From Lytechinus pictus (lineage: Eukaryota), in NCBI RefSeq assembly GCF_037042905.1, contig NC_087246.1, positions 4,838,001-4,902,000 on the forward strand: DNA of 64,000 bases, written 5' to 3'. Below the pieces are notes generated by a model that made no database searches, was not told the origin of the DNA, and saw only the letters and a list, made by a program, of their open reading frames with translations. Shown piece by piece: positions 12,225-38,503 of this stretch (positions are counted from its first letter, which is position 1; every line of letters starts with the position of its first letter). The translations under genes and the position numbers were made by a program.

Positions 12225-12703
12225 TAGGGCACGTTACGTATGTAACGTAATAAGAGTGTCAAAAACACTAAAATATTGATAAAAGGGTATATTATTTCGC
12301 AGGGAAAACTGTATACGCGTTTGCAGTGTCCAATTTGCGAGGGCTCATAAAAAGACTAAAATACTTTATAAAGGCTGTACTTTTTGCCCCAACACTTCGT
12401 GTTTAGGGTCAGATTTGAGCGAGGAGTGTGGGGTGGTAGTATAAACCCAATTGAAAGTAAAGGTAAAGGCGACGTCCGTGACATAACAATTAAGATATCG
12501 TTGTACTTGTTCGGGGTCTCAATTCAGGGATACTTTCAAGGGTACCGTTTTGTTTCCAATTCTTGTTAAGGGTAGTGTTTCACATGCTAATACTTGTTAA
12601 GGGGTGCATTTTCAGAACATGGAAAATACTTATTTAGGGTGCTTTTCAAGACACCATGGTCACGCATGGTCTCCACTCATCAATGGAAGTGCCCCTCCCC
12701 CTG
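12225..12703. mobile_element. Partial copy of the CCCGGG-terminus MITE family
   Basis: Reverse-complement similarity to 58670-59175 (GGGCACGTTACGTA..., ...CCACTCATCAATGGAAGTGCCCC). Confidence 0.7.
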
Positions 12704-12717
12704 GTTAATGATTCATC

Positions 12718-13288
12718 TTAAAGGTCAAGTCCACCCCAGGAAAATGCTGACTTGAATAAATAGAGTGCTGTAAATTTCATCAAAATTGGATGTAAAATAA
12801 GAGAAAGTTATGACATTTTAAAGTTTCGCTTATTTTTCTCAAAACAGTGATATGCACAACTGGGTGAGTCAGTCGATGATGTCCATCACTCACAATTTCT
12901 TGTGTTTTTTTATTGTTTGAATTATAAAATATTTCATTTTTTATAGATTTGACAATAAGGACCAACTTGACTGAACCATGTGTTAAAAAATGCTAAATCT
13001 ACATGTTCAGGGAGCAATTAATTGTTGTATCACTTGACAATGAGGAGAAAATTAGAATATATCATATTTCATATAATAAAATACAAAAGAAATAGTGAAT
13101 GAATGACGTCATAGTCTCCTCATTTGCATTCCAGCCAGGATGTGCATATAACTGTTTTGTGAAATTAAGTGAATCTTTAAAATGTCATAACTTTCTTATT
13201 TTACATCCCATTTTGATGAAATTTTTAAGTGTTATGCTTGTTGGATTTTTCTCTTTTTATTCAAATCAACTTTTTGTTGGGGTGGACT
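12718..13288. mobile_element. TTAA-flanked MITE (Kolobok-like), right end interrupted
   Basis: TTAA-AGGTCAAGTCCACCCC...GGGGTGGACT; same family as 62972-63424; a hAT-like MITE begins at ~13289. Confidence 0.7.
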
Positions 13289-13560
13289 CACTAGCGTACC
13301 TACGGGGGGGGGGGGGGCAGAGGGGGCAGACTGCCCCCCTGACGAGTCACAACCCATGCAAGGGACATATCCCTGCCCCCCCCTGACGAGTCTTGAAGAC
13401 CTTTTTTTCTTCTTTTTTTTTTCTTGCCCTTGCGATGAAATCATCGTTAAAGGTAGGTCGTAGAAGTAACAACCAAGTTTTTTTTTTAAGATTGCATTTA
13501 TGTATAAGAATGACCGTACGCAACGGGGGAGGGGGGGGGGCGACATTTTGAAACATTCAG
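13289..13560. mobile_element. hAT-like MITE fragment
   Basis: CACTAGCGTACCTACGGGG...CTGACGAG units match the reverse complement of the right end of 55943-56289. Confidence 0.6.
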
Positions 13561-14297
13561 AATTTTTTTAATGAATTTTTGTATACAAAATTCGCCAAAG
13601 GATGTGCACAAAACATTCAATTTTGATTTTTTAAAAAAGATGCAAATGCCACCAATGACAAGCTCGGTCACTTCACTCCCTCGCTCTCAATTTTCTTCGA
13701 AAATTGTTGAATGTCTTGCCCCCTCATTAAAGTTCTGTGTAAGGCTATTGTGTAAAACATAGATAGAAAGCCGAGGTCTGATAGGTGTAAAACTATATTA
13801 GCATAAACAATCAATTCACATCATATACCAAGATGAATAAGCCTTTGACCCAACACTGACCTTAATATGGAAAATGTTAAGTGAAATTATTGTCGTTATT
13901 GTTTATACAAATTAATAAACATGCATGTCAACTTGAAAAAAAGGAAATACCTGCTTATGGTGAAAAAAAGTATTGTGACAAGTCAAAGAGCACGCACTCT
14001 GAAACGTTTTTGAAGAACCACGGTCATGACTGTGGTTTATATGACAATTTTTTAAATTTATTTTCCGATTATGAAAAACATAATACATATAACATGAATA
14101 AATAACCTAGATGGCATCAATTGAAATAAACAAAATGAATTGCAAATATGTTGAATAGATAAATAATCGAAAGGATTGCCCATTTCAGAGTCATTAACAT
14201 AATTACACTGTTCTTCCATTGGGTCCATAAAAACATTAAAATAGTTTACATTGCAATACAAAAGAAATTAATAAATAAAATACGCGCGTCTAGTTGT

Positions 14298-14368
14298 AAT
14301 ATGCTGTAAAGCGCTTTGAGCCATTCTGGGAAAAGCGCTATATAAATATTGGCTATTATTATTATTAG
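14298..14368 (+). mobile_element. 5'-truncated SINE tail
   Basis: ATATGCTGTAAAGCGCTTTGAGCCATTCTGGGAAAAGCGCTATATAAATATTGGC(TAT)n is nearly identical to the 3' end of the SINE at 47857-48212. Confidence 0.8.
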
Positions 14369-15562
14369 TTCCAATTCTGTAGTTTCGTGTAGACTACATC
14401 AGCCAGTTAATACAAAGTAAGTTGTCATACGGCATAAATATACGGTATTTTCATGTTTATTTAGGGATCATACTTAATATTTTCCTATATTGAGTTTGAT
14501 AATATATATTTTCAGGCTACTTGATCTTTCAATATTGTTGGGGTCCTGGGACCATTTTTGTTTTTACTGGGGGAGCTGAAGTAAATTTGACAAGCAAAAA
14601 TAAAAAGAAGGTTTCACTCCAACATATAGGTCCTTTTGGTTACATTTTTCATTTTTAACACCTGACGGATTTCCAGGGGACTCTGCTGCCTATGGAAAAT
14701 AATACATGCAGCACCCCAATGCAAAATCTTGGGGGTGCCTCAGCACCCCGCTTCCCAGGACCATGGGGTGAACCTGGCCTCAATCTTAATTTCGTAACTG
14801 ATTATCCCTCATTAAATCACCCCATTTGACCGGCTTTTGTAAAGGAATTCGATTGAGAGAAAATTTATGAAAAAATGTGGACCAGAGAGTATAATGGAGG
14901 AAGAATTTTCCTAAGTTTCATCAAGCTTAGAGGTACTATTGTCGAATCTGCGACTGCATTAGTGTATAATGAATATCATAATGAATACTAGAGTGTACAT
15001 ATAAAGAGCGCATTGACGAAAATCTGTATTTTTCATAAATTTATTTTTCCCAATTTTCTCTCGTCTTCCTCATTTTTTGCCAGCAAATGGAGGGGGATAA
15101 CCCTTCAAGAATTTGGTTTGATTCATATTTTGATCAAAATTTTCATTTACATGATTTTTGTGTATTATTAGTCATTTAATTGTTTATTGTGATTAATTAT
15201 TATGGTTAATTATTTCGTTCTTTTATTTATTCATTCATATATTGGCTAAATTTGCTTACCTATCGGCTTATTCATTATGTATTCATTTACTAATAATCAG
15301 GCTCTATCTATTAATCCGACCCCGGATCAGACCTCTAACACGATGATTTTATCATCGATCGATGAATTACACATTTTTCGTATAATATATGCCGGGTGTC
15401 TATCGAAGCTAATCTCACTTAAATGTTTTGTTTAGTTTTGTTTTTAATTTGGTTCCATTCGTCTAGCTTATTTACTTTTTTATATTTGTTATTCATGCTG
15501 CGTTTTAACTAGGCCTTTATTGAAAACATCGCTCGTTGTCGATCATGGATATTCTCATAGAA

Positions 15563-15965
15563 TTAAAGGTAAATTCCAGTTTTGGTAACGATCTCAAAAT
15601 GACCTTTTACAGAATCTAATATAATGACCACCCAAGTGTCTGTTTGTATGAATAAAAAATATGTGCCAAAGGATTCTGGAAGAAATTGTGTAATTGCTGA
15701 GAAATAAGCAAAATAAGCGCGGATTTGGTCACTTCCGTCGGGTCTTTATTCCAGCAATAATAACACACTGTCCCACGTGTGCCTATCTGTGTTTGCGATC
15801 TTCAGCGTGATCGTATTTCAGCTTAGATTTTATGATTTCACAAAGTTCAGTTTATGTAACTGTACCAGATCTAGATCCACGATGATATAGTCATACTTAA
15901 CCTTGGTTTTACAGACTTTCTCACGAAATTAGTGTTTTACTGCAACTACTGTAATTTAGCTTTAA
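15563..15965. mobile_element. TTAA-flanked MITE (Kolobok-like)
   Basis: TTAA-AGGTAAATTCCAGT ... ACTGTAATTTAGCT-TTAA imperfect inverted ends. Confidence 0.6.
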
Positions 15966-16005
15966 CCCGGCTCATCTCGACAAACAACAAGAACGGGGAA
16001 AAAGG

Positions 16006-16016
16006 GGGAAATTCCC
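16006..16016. promoter_or_regulatory. Candidate NF-kB (Rel) binding site
   Basis: GGGAAATTCCC, a palindromic kB-consensus match ~340 bp upstream of the death-domain gene ATG. Confidence 0.5.
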
Positions 16017-16358
16017 TTTTCGAAAGTCTATGGGCAGCAGTCTTACGCTGCGAATACTAGTAGTGTTTTAAAGAACACGAACTATCATTCATGAACACAG
16101 TAATCAAAATATTAGATTGATAAATCATATATAAAAAGTTGATTTAAGTGACGAACATTATTTGAAACCTAAATCAACTCAATATTTTCATTCGACTACA
16201 ATATTTTTTATCCACCAGCTCAACTTGAAAAAAAAATGCAAGCGTTCCATACAATGCACCGGGGGCGCAAGCAATTTGCTGGCCATGTACTGTAGCCAGA
16301 TCAAGGCGAAAGGCGATTTTCTCAATAAAAGATTAGGCCTACAGTTCGATAGATCACG

Positions 16359-29575
<13,217 letters not shown>

Positions 29576-29712
29576 GTGAGTTTTGGATGGCATAGCTGGG
29601 ATCTTACATAGAGAAGTGTGGCAAAGTTCATTTGATATTATACTGAGTGAGTAAAAGAAAACTTGACACCTCACAAGTCCCCAATCAAGGAAAAAAATGT
29701 CATGAACACATA

Positions 29713-30136
29713 GGCCCGAATTCACAAAGGTGGTTTTGAAAACCCACGATTGAGTCCATGGTTTATGCAGAATTTCTGTATAAATTACGCTTAATTTAGC
29801 GCGTATTGGGCGCGTGTATAAAAAATGTCCAATGCTGATGCACGTTTTTGTCACAGTGCGCCAAATTGACGCCTGTTACCATGGTTAGATACGCTATTTT
29901 ATTTATGAGTCCACTGTCTGAAGAGTGGACTCATTATTGAAAACAGTGGACTCATGAATAAAATAGCTTGGATAACCACAGCAACAGGCGTCAATTTGGC
30001 GCACTGTGCAAAAGCGCACATCAGCATTGGACATTTTTCAATATACGCGCTAAAATAAGCGTAATTTATACAGGAAATCTGCATAAACCATGGACTCAAC
30101 CGTGGGTTTTCAAAACCACCTTTGTGAATTTAGGCC
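29713..30136. mobile_element. Palindromic MITE (PIF/Harbinger-like)
   Basis: GGCCCGAATTCACAAAGGTGGTTTTGAAAACCCACG... is inverted along nearly its whole 424 bp; 3-bp direct repeat ATA on both sides; absent from the paralogous site at ~23255. Confidence 0.85.
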
Positions 30137-31103
30137 ATAGTCTTTATATTCGACCAGAAAAAGTATCTTCTCCCAAATAATTCAATACCATATTTATGTA
30201 GTATTTGTTAATGCTTGGATAATAAGGAGGTATTTTTTACTGTGATATAAAATTTGATTTGTACCAAAGTTAAGGCAATCCAGATGCCAATGATGTCATT
30301 ATCCTACATGAGTTAGTAAATGTATTTGCGAATCCCTTTTCAATTAATTTAACTTGAGAATTGATACTAAAAAATGTTTATTGAATAATTCTAATGTTAA
30401 TTATTGAAAAGGTGTAGGATTATGACATAATTGTCATGTGTATTCATTCATTGCAGTCATCATAGCAAAAGATACATTGTTTTAAAATGTCTTTCGAACA
30501 TGAAAATCCTATACAGGACCTTGTCCGTTGGATCAATGTGTGCATTACTCGACCTGTTTAGTTCTGTACATAAACAGAGATCAGCGAAAATGCTATGAAA
30601 TATTAAGATACTGATATTAAAAAGAATACAGAAATTAACATACCTATAGTTACGTCCAAGATTCATACTTTTTCCTCTAAATCTTGAGGGAGAATATTTC
30701 ATGATCGGAGTAATTATACTCTAGTGATCAGTCCACAATCTTTTTAGCGATTTTAAGCTGATATAGCAACGCTTATCGTATGCGCTGTATACTCTGTAGA
30801 TTATAATCTGCATCATGTAGTGATACATAAATTTTTGAATCTCTCTCTTTGTTTGATATTCTCTTTGAAATGAATTGTACTGTTTATAGGTCTATTACAG
30901 TCATGAAGATATCATGTTGATATTGTTCATTCATGAAACAATTATTATAACCATTATTACGTATTGACAAACAATAGATGTTTGAGATAATACACACATT
31001 GTAATCAGCCTAAAGTCTTTGTTTCAGTTTTCTTTATCAATTTCCAAATCTATCCGTGAAGGACTAATGCACTGAAATCTATATTATTGCAAAAGGTCTA
31101 TAA

Positions 31104-32335
31104 CAGCCATTCTCAATTACTTTTTTGGAAGCGCCACATTTCTTGTTGAGAATCTGTAATGCTCCACTATCCATTACGCAAACCAGCAATGTATCAGCGG
31201 ATGGGGGGCCCAGAGGCCCCTGGTGGCGTGGGGGTCGAGGGGGCAGAGCCCCAAGAAGTTTTGGAATATGAGGCCTTTTAAATTGCCCAGAGGGGTTCTA
31301 CTTAATATCAGAAGAAGAAATACAAATGCCAACAAACTACACAATATTAAAAGAAAAATGACCAGTGACTTTTTCACAACATACCAATGATACCACTAGT
31401 TCAGACTGTTCTGCACCAGATCTATTGGCTGAAGCAAGTGGCGTAATGAGTAAAAAAAAAAATGAGGGGCTAGATATGGCAGCTGAAGCAAAAATATTGA
31501 ACTTTTCAATACAAAAATCTATATTTTGACATAATATTAAGATAATACAATATTTCCCTTTTCTTTCCTTTTCTCCTCTTTTCTCCTTTTGTTTTCTTAG
31601 CCGTGTAACACTTGGGGGCCCCCAATCCCCGCCCCCATATGTACGCCAGTGGCTAAAGTTACGTTCCCCGATTTTGCAAGGGCTGAAAATTAGGCGTTGC
31701 ACTGCACTAGCGCCCAAACTGCCCCTCTACAACTGACGTGCAGTATCATTCATTCAGTTCGTGTTAAGCAAGAGTGCATGCAGGCAATCACGGCAGGCAA
31801 TACATCTGAGCATACATGTATTTCACTTTACACCTTCGGATTTTAATCGGCACCGGAAACAAATTTTCTGCTTGTTATGCCCCAAATTCATAATTTTTTT
31901 ATGATCAGGATGCTCTTTGAATATCACATTATTTGATATTTAACTCTTAAACAAAAAGGATACTCTGGAAATGCAACATTTCTCGCCGTTGAAATAGAAA
32001 TCCTACAAACGGGGTTTTCAAATCACTTGTGTGGCACATAAACTTTGTACAGCATAGAATAAATAAAAAGAACAACATCGATCCTCTACAATAGAGGTTA
32101 TCGAGTGCTAAATTGGACAAAATTTGAAGAAATCAATTAAGTGTCAAGTAAAGAGTTTTTTTTTTCTCTTTGTATTAAAATGATCACCAAATCCTTATTT
32201 CCAGGTTTCTGGTAGATACATTTTTATCTCCCTAATTTTTCTTTATTTTTACTTTTTTATACCGGCTCCCAAGCGCCACTCCGCAAGGCTCGGTGCGCCA
32301 CAAGTGGCGCGCGCGCCACCATTTGAGAATCCCTG
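31104..32335. mobile_element. Non-autonomous hAT element with a nested smaller MITE (~31436-31651)
   Basis: CAGCCATTCTCAA / TTGAGAATCCCTG ends and a perfect 8-bp TSD GTCTATAA (31096-31103, 32336-32343). Confidence 0.8.
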
Positions 32336-34299
32336 GTCTATAAAACTCCGCCTTTTCCCCGTCAACTAAAGTATAAAATTGGATAAAAGAGTGAGAAGTT
32401 CATAATCCATATCCTCTGGTTTGAGTAAATGCATACTGAAGCGTCTGATATAATAAGCATAAAGTACTATCAAGAACAATGTGTGTATTACTATTACCAT
32501 TTTTTTGGAATTGCCATATATGTAAGCCAGCGAATATAACATGTAATAACTACTGACCCTTAGGAAACAAATCACTAAAACTACCATAGTGATTAAAAGA
32601 TTTCACCACTTTCTCCAGAAAGTCGTGGTAGAAATATTACATGATATAGATAAATTCCACAACTGAGTCGATATCTCTATTATTAGTACAACTCTTTTAC
32701 AGGAGAAACTAGATTCACTTGAAAATCAAATCATTGATAAGAACATTATTCAACTGTCGCTCTTTCTTTCTTTATGGAAATGCTACAGAGCTAGATTTTC
32801 ACATTGCACCTTGTAATATCATTCGCCACAAAAGCATGTATCAAACCAGGTGAACACTATTTTGAATAAATCGTTTTCCGAAGTGAATAAGACATCCTTT
32901 TTGCAGATGAGCTCCATTATGCGTGCACGATAATTCTGCTGTTCTTACTATATACTGTTAACATAATTCTATGGCATTTTATTATTAATACATTAATACA
33001 TTTTGATATAACGCTCAAACATAATTGTTCATGCTTTGATCGTTATGTAAGTTCAATCTAATCATTGACCGATGAACTGGGTCCTTAAATGCATGTTATG
33101 AGTATCGATGGTGACTGTCACTACAGAGACGATTTTAACACGGTCAAGTGATTCCCTCTGAATTGTACTATTTTTTGCCTGAACTCGTACCTGATTCTTT
33201 TTCTTATGGAATGTTGATATTTACTACATGTAATTCGTTAGTGTGTATTGCAATCCACAAATCAATTAAATTACATTTCAACTGAATTCAGGTATATGCA
33301 ACTTGCAGAGTACATTATAGAGCAGCTGCCAAGTAACTAACTACATCGTCTCACATTTCGATGATACATGAAGTTACTATTGAGCTTTTGTTTCGTTGCC
33401 GCTTTTTAAACATGTAAAGATTGCGTTAGAGTTAGGGTTAGGGTTGACTGTGTTCGCCGGCTCGATATACGTTCTTGTGTTCGCAAACTCAAAGCAAATT
33501 CTTATTCATTTAGTCTCACTATTTTAAATAGTGGATAGTCTTTACCACCTTCAAATTGTATACTGCACTTACAGTTTAATACTAAAGTGTCTTCTTTATT
33601 TTATAATATCGTTTTTTTTTATGTTTGGCAGTTTGACGTTCCGTTCAATAATTGCCATAGAATGTTAGGTAATTCAGATGTTCTTCCTAAGCTCCTTTAT
33701 ATTTTTACATTTCTTTTTTGCTGTTGTTGTCTTGAATCATTTTAAGGCATCTGCCAAATGGACCAAAATTACTTACGACTTCTCAGGCAAAATCCTTTTA
33801 CCTTTTTTTCACATGGATCATCTATCATGAATGCTTTGAACATGTTGAATATGATATCAGATAATTTGTAATTCAAAAATTAAAAGATTGGATCTTAATG
33901 AGTTTTGGATTGGAAACGGATCCGTTGTTCGGTTGGTCGCTGTTTGCGGCCCTTCAGTGCTGGATTTGTTTTGATCCTTGATATCTTAGGTATACTTGAT
34001 ATATTTAATTCATCCATTATTATTTTGTATCATGCTCAATTTATTTTGTTCAACGTTTAAGCATAAAAAGAACATTATTGATGTACTACTTTCATATATA
34101 ATATGTATATTTTTGTGTAGATACGATTTAGACAACCGAAGTCCCACACACACAAAACAAAATATTTTTGAGACCACATTGTAACTGCTTTGTTCCCTTC
34201 AATATTAGAATTGTTCAAACATGACTACATGCACTCTGCACCACACCCCCGACACCTTCCCTTGCGCTTGGTCCTTACAGGTGTCACCTACCTTTTCAA

Positions 34300-37200
34300 A
34301 TGAACTCTAATTTAGATGAAATAGACCAAATAAATAACATTAACAGGAATGATATTTAAAATTGCTGTTATTATACCTCCCAAGAATTTATATCAGCTTT
34401 TGAATCAAATGATAACGTCAATAATCTCAGTCTTGTACACTTTAATTCAAGAAGTATTAACATAAATTTTGACTCTGTAGAAACTTTTTTAAATTCCCTA
34501 CACACGTTTTCATTTTCAATTATTGGTGTTTCTGAAACTTGGCTGAGTTCACATTCCCCAGACATATATAATATACCTAATTATCGCATGTTACATGCTG
34601 ATAGAAAAAGAGGCAGAGGAGGAGGTGTGGCAATGTATATGAACTCAAAGCTAAAATACAAAGTAAGATCAGACATTTACATTAATGACATAGAAACTCT
34701 CTTTATCGAAGTAGAAAACAAATTTGGTAAAAATATAATAGTAGGAACATTATACAGACCGCCTATTAACAACATCGGCAATTTTGTTGATAATTTTGAT
34801 AAAGAACTTGAGAAGATATCACGTGAAAATAAACAAATATAATAATGGGCGATTTTGATATTGATTTATCAGATATTTTATATAACAAACCATCTTATAA
34901 TAATTCTAATAAAGTGAGGAATCAAAATAGCAGCAATAATGCAAACATATTTCTCAATATACTTTCCTCATATGCTTTTCATCCTTGCATTGATAACATA
35001 CCTACTAGAATAACGTCCACGTCAGCAACATTTATTATATTTACAAATTCTTTTAGCAATGATAACAATAGTGGAGTTTTTACTTATGATATTACGGATC
35101 ATTTGCCAATATTTTTTATTTCTTCAGAATTTAAAGTAAGTGTAAATAAAGAAAAAATTAGGAAAACATACAGGAAAGAAAATATAAAGACTATTTCAGC
35201 TTTGATTGAAGATTTAACCAATGAGAAATGGAATGAAAATTTGGAAGAAAATGATGCAAATGTTGCTTATAAATTGTTTATTGATAAATTCACTCAATAC
35301 TACGATAAAAATATACCACTTATTCAAAGCAAGAAGCGTAGAAATGAAATCAGAAATCCATGGATTACTCGAGGAATTTTACAGTCTATCAAAAAAACGT
35401 AATAAACTTTATAAATCATTCATTTCTAATAGATCTGAACATAATTTTATCAAGTATAAAAAGTATTGAAATACACTCACCGGCGTAATTCGATCTTCGA
35501 AAAATAAACATTATTCAAAATGAATAAAAAACGCAAAAGGGAATTTGAATGCAACTTGGAATGTCATAAACAAATTAATAAACAAAAGTAAACCCCATGA
35601 TAAAATTGAAAAACTTGAAGTTGAAAATAAATTCTTTACTGAACCTTTTGAAATTGCTCAAGCGTTTAATCTTTTTTTCACGGGCATTGGTCCTGACCTG
35701 GCTTCAAAAATACAGAGTGATGGTAAGAATTTTCTGAGTATCTCTCCGAGCCCAACTCAAATACAATGTGTTTTATTCCAACAGATCAACATGAAATACT
35801 TAAATTAGTTGAAGCCTTAGCATCTAAAAAATCTAAAGGATATGACGGAATCAGCACAAAACTTTTAAAACATGTAATATACAGTGCGTCCCAGAAAAAA
35901 CGAAACCGAGATTAAGCGATGATTTATCATAACTTAATCACAAATACAATAGACAAATGACCTACCAATGTAAAGCTTAGAATCTCCTCTTTCATCTAGA
36001 TTATTCCTCATTCACGAAAGAGTGAGCAAAAACAATTTGAAGAAAGGATACCAAAAAGTCATTTGGCGGGGGGTATCTGAATTTCAAAAAGAAAATCACA
36101 TGCCTAAAAAGTTCAATATCTGCTCTTTTATTTGATACCTTAATCACAAAAAAATGGTCAAGAAGCAAAAAAGTTATGTTCCCTCGAAACAATGCTTGTA
36201 TTTCCATAATTTCATTAAATAAACGTGTTTTCACCGGTTTCCCACAGAAGCTATATCGCATGGTTAACAAAAAGACTTAATGCATTGCTGATCGTCAACA
36301 AAACAGAGTGTCGAGTGAGTTTGAACGCTAGCCTGAAAAACCTCTTCATTTTATGAAATTATTGAAATTCAAGCCTTATTTCAAATAACCAGAACTTTAT
36401 TATTTCTTGACCATATTCTGTAATTGAGGTATCAAATTAAAGAGCAGATATTGAACTTTTAAAAAATGTGGTTTTATTCTTGAAACCAAGATACAGCCCG
36501 CCAAATGGTATCCCCTCTACAAATTGTTTTTGCTCACTCATGCGTGAATGAGAAATAATCTAAGTAATTTCAGATGAAAGAGGAGATTCTAAGCTTTACA
36601 ATGGTATGTCATTTGTCTATTGTATTTGTGATTAAGTTATGATAAATCATCGATAAATCTCGGTTTCGTTTTTTGTGGGACGCACTGTATAGCATTGTCT
36701 TCTCATTAGAACATATCTTTAATCTATCTCTCTCTACTGGCTGTTGTCCCAATTTATTAAAAATAGCAAAAGTAGTCCCAGTCTACAAAAAAGATGACCA
36801 GACTAAAGTTACGAATTATCGTCCTATATCACTTTTACCATGTTTGTCAAAAATATTGGAAAAAATTGTGTACAAACGATTGGATTCTTTTTTGTCATTA
36901 CATAAAATTCTTACTCCAGCCCAATTCGGCTTTAGAAAAAATTTCTCAACCGATTTTGCAATAACTGAATTACTTGATAGTGTTGTTAACTCTCTTTCAA
37001 AAAGCAAAAAGAAGTCCTATAATCGCTTTATTTATGGACCTAAGTAAAGCCTTCGACACCATTGACCATAACATTTTATTACATAAATTATATAATTATG
37101 GAATACGTGGAGTTGCCTGGTCATGGATTAAAAGTTATCTTTCAAATCGACAACAATTCGTCTCTATTAATGATATTAAATCTCCACTGTCCTTTCTTAA

Positions 37201-38503
37201 TTGTGGAGTGCCACAAGGTTCGATTTTGGGACCACTTCTGTTTTTAATATATATCAATGATATAGTAAATTCTTCCCAAATTCTTTCGTTTATTTTATAT
37301 GCTGACGACACCAACATTTTGTTATCTCACAGAAATTGAGATGAATTGATTAATAAAATGAATTTGGAATTAAAAAATGTTTCGTCGTGGTTTAAATGTA
37401 ACAAGTTATCCTTAAACATAAGTCAAACTCATTTTGTTCATTTTCAAACTACTCATGGGAATGATGATTTTTCCCAAAACATTCTAATTGACAATGAGCC
37501 CATAGATAAAAAAGAATATGTGAAATTTCTTGGTATTACAATAGACAAACATTTATCATGGAACCAACACGTAAGCAATATATCCTCATCAATGGCTAAA
37601 GGAATTGGAATATTATACAAATTTAAAGTATTTTTTGCCAGAGCATTCCCTTTTAATGATATACAATGCTTTGGTACTACCATATATTAATTATTGTAAC
37701 CTTATTTGGGGAAACTGTAGTAAAACTAACCTTGAACATTTACTTTTATTACAAAAGAAAGCTGTCAGGATCTGCACAAAATCAACATATCTTTCACACA
37801 CTGATCCTCTTTTTTTATTGTCTAAAAACGTATAAGATGTATGATATAAACACTTTACAAATAGCTATTTTTATGTAGAAATATCATTACAAACTGCTTC
37901 CTCCTGTATTTACCGATTTCTTTTCATGTAATAACAAATTACATTCATATCACTTGTCAGAATATTCACTTAGACAATCCTAGAACACTATTAGCACATA
38001 AAACACTTAGACATCATGGGCCTGACATATGAAATACATTGCCAAATTCACTCAAAAACAATTAAGATTCATTTCTCCTTTCAAAAAAGGTATTAAATCA
38101 TTATTATTGAATAAATATTCACAAAGTTAAATGGAAAATTGTTCTTTCTCTATATCTTATGAAACACATAATTTTAAACACAGAAAAAACAACAACCAAG
38201 AATAAAAATAAAACATACATTATGAGGACCAAACGTTCCCCCCCCCCGCCATTATGCACCTGCACCCTTACGTTAAGATATGTAGGATGAATAATAATTA
38301 TCATTGTTTTCTGAGGTTGCCACGCAGTCAAGCTTAGCTTATAGTGGCAGCCCCTGCAACCTTCTAAAAATCGATATGTTTTGATAGAAAATGCAATTTT
38401 GTTCAATGTTTTGCTTGTCAGTTATACGTATAACATTATTGTATTTTCTTTGTTAATGTGTTTATGAAAAAGTGTTGCAGAAACCAATAAATTAAATGAA
38501 ATG
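34300..38503 (+). mobile_element. Decayed CR1/L2-group LINE, ORF2 (AP endonuclease + RT) and 3' UTR
   Basis: HFNSRS, IIGVSETWL, GGGVAMY, GTLYRPP, MGDFDID, TDHLPIF, then KIAKVVPVYKK, NYRPISLLP, DLSKAFDTIDH, GVPQGSILGPLLFLIYINDI, YADDTN; many stops and frameshifts; ends AATAAATTAAATGAAATG. 5' boundary approximate. Confidence 0.93.
35882..36687. mobile_element. Tc1/mariner MITE inserted in LINE ORF2
   Basis: TA-CAGTGCGTCCCA...TGGGACGCACTG-TA with long inverted arms. Removing it restores KLLKHVIYSIVFSLEHIFNLSL in frame. Confidence 0.93.

Noticed and set aside
31364..31437. Additional death-domain gene exon
   Set aside because: Lies inside a hAT element with a perfect TSD, has no pyrimidine tract and no good donor.
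33424..33446. Interstitial telomere (TTAGGG)n
   Set aside because: Only two perfect units; a similar short run occurs in the LTR (~3897-3911). Too short to be meaningful.
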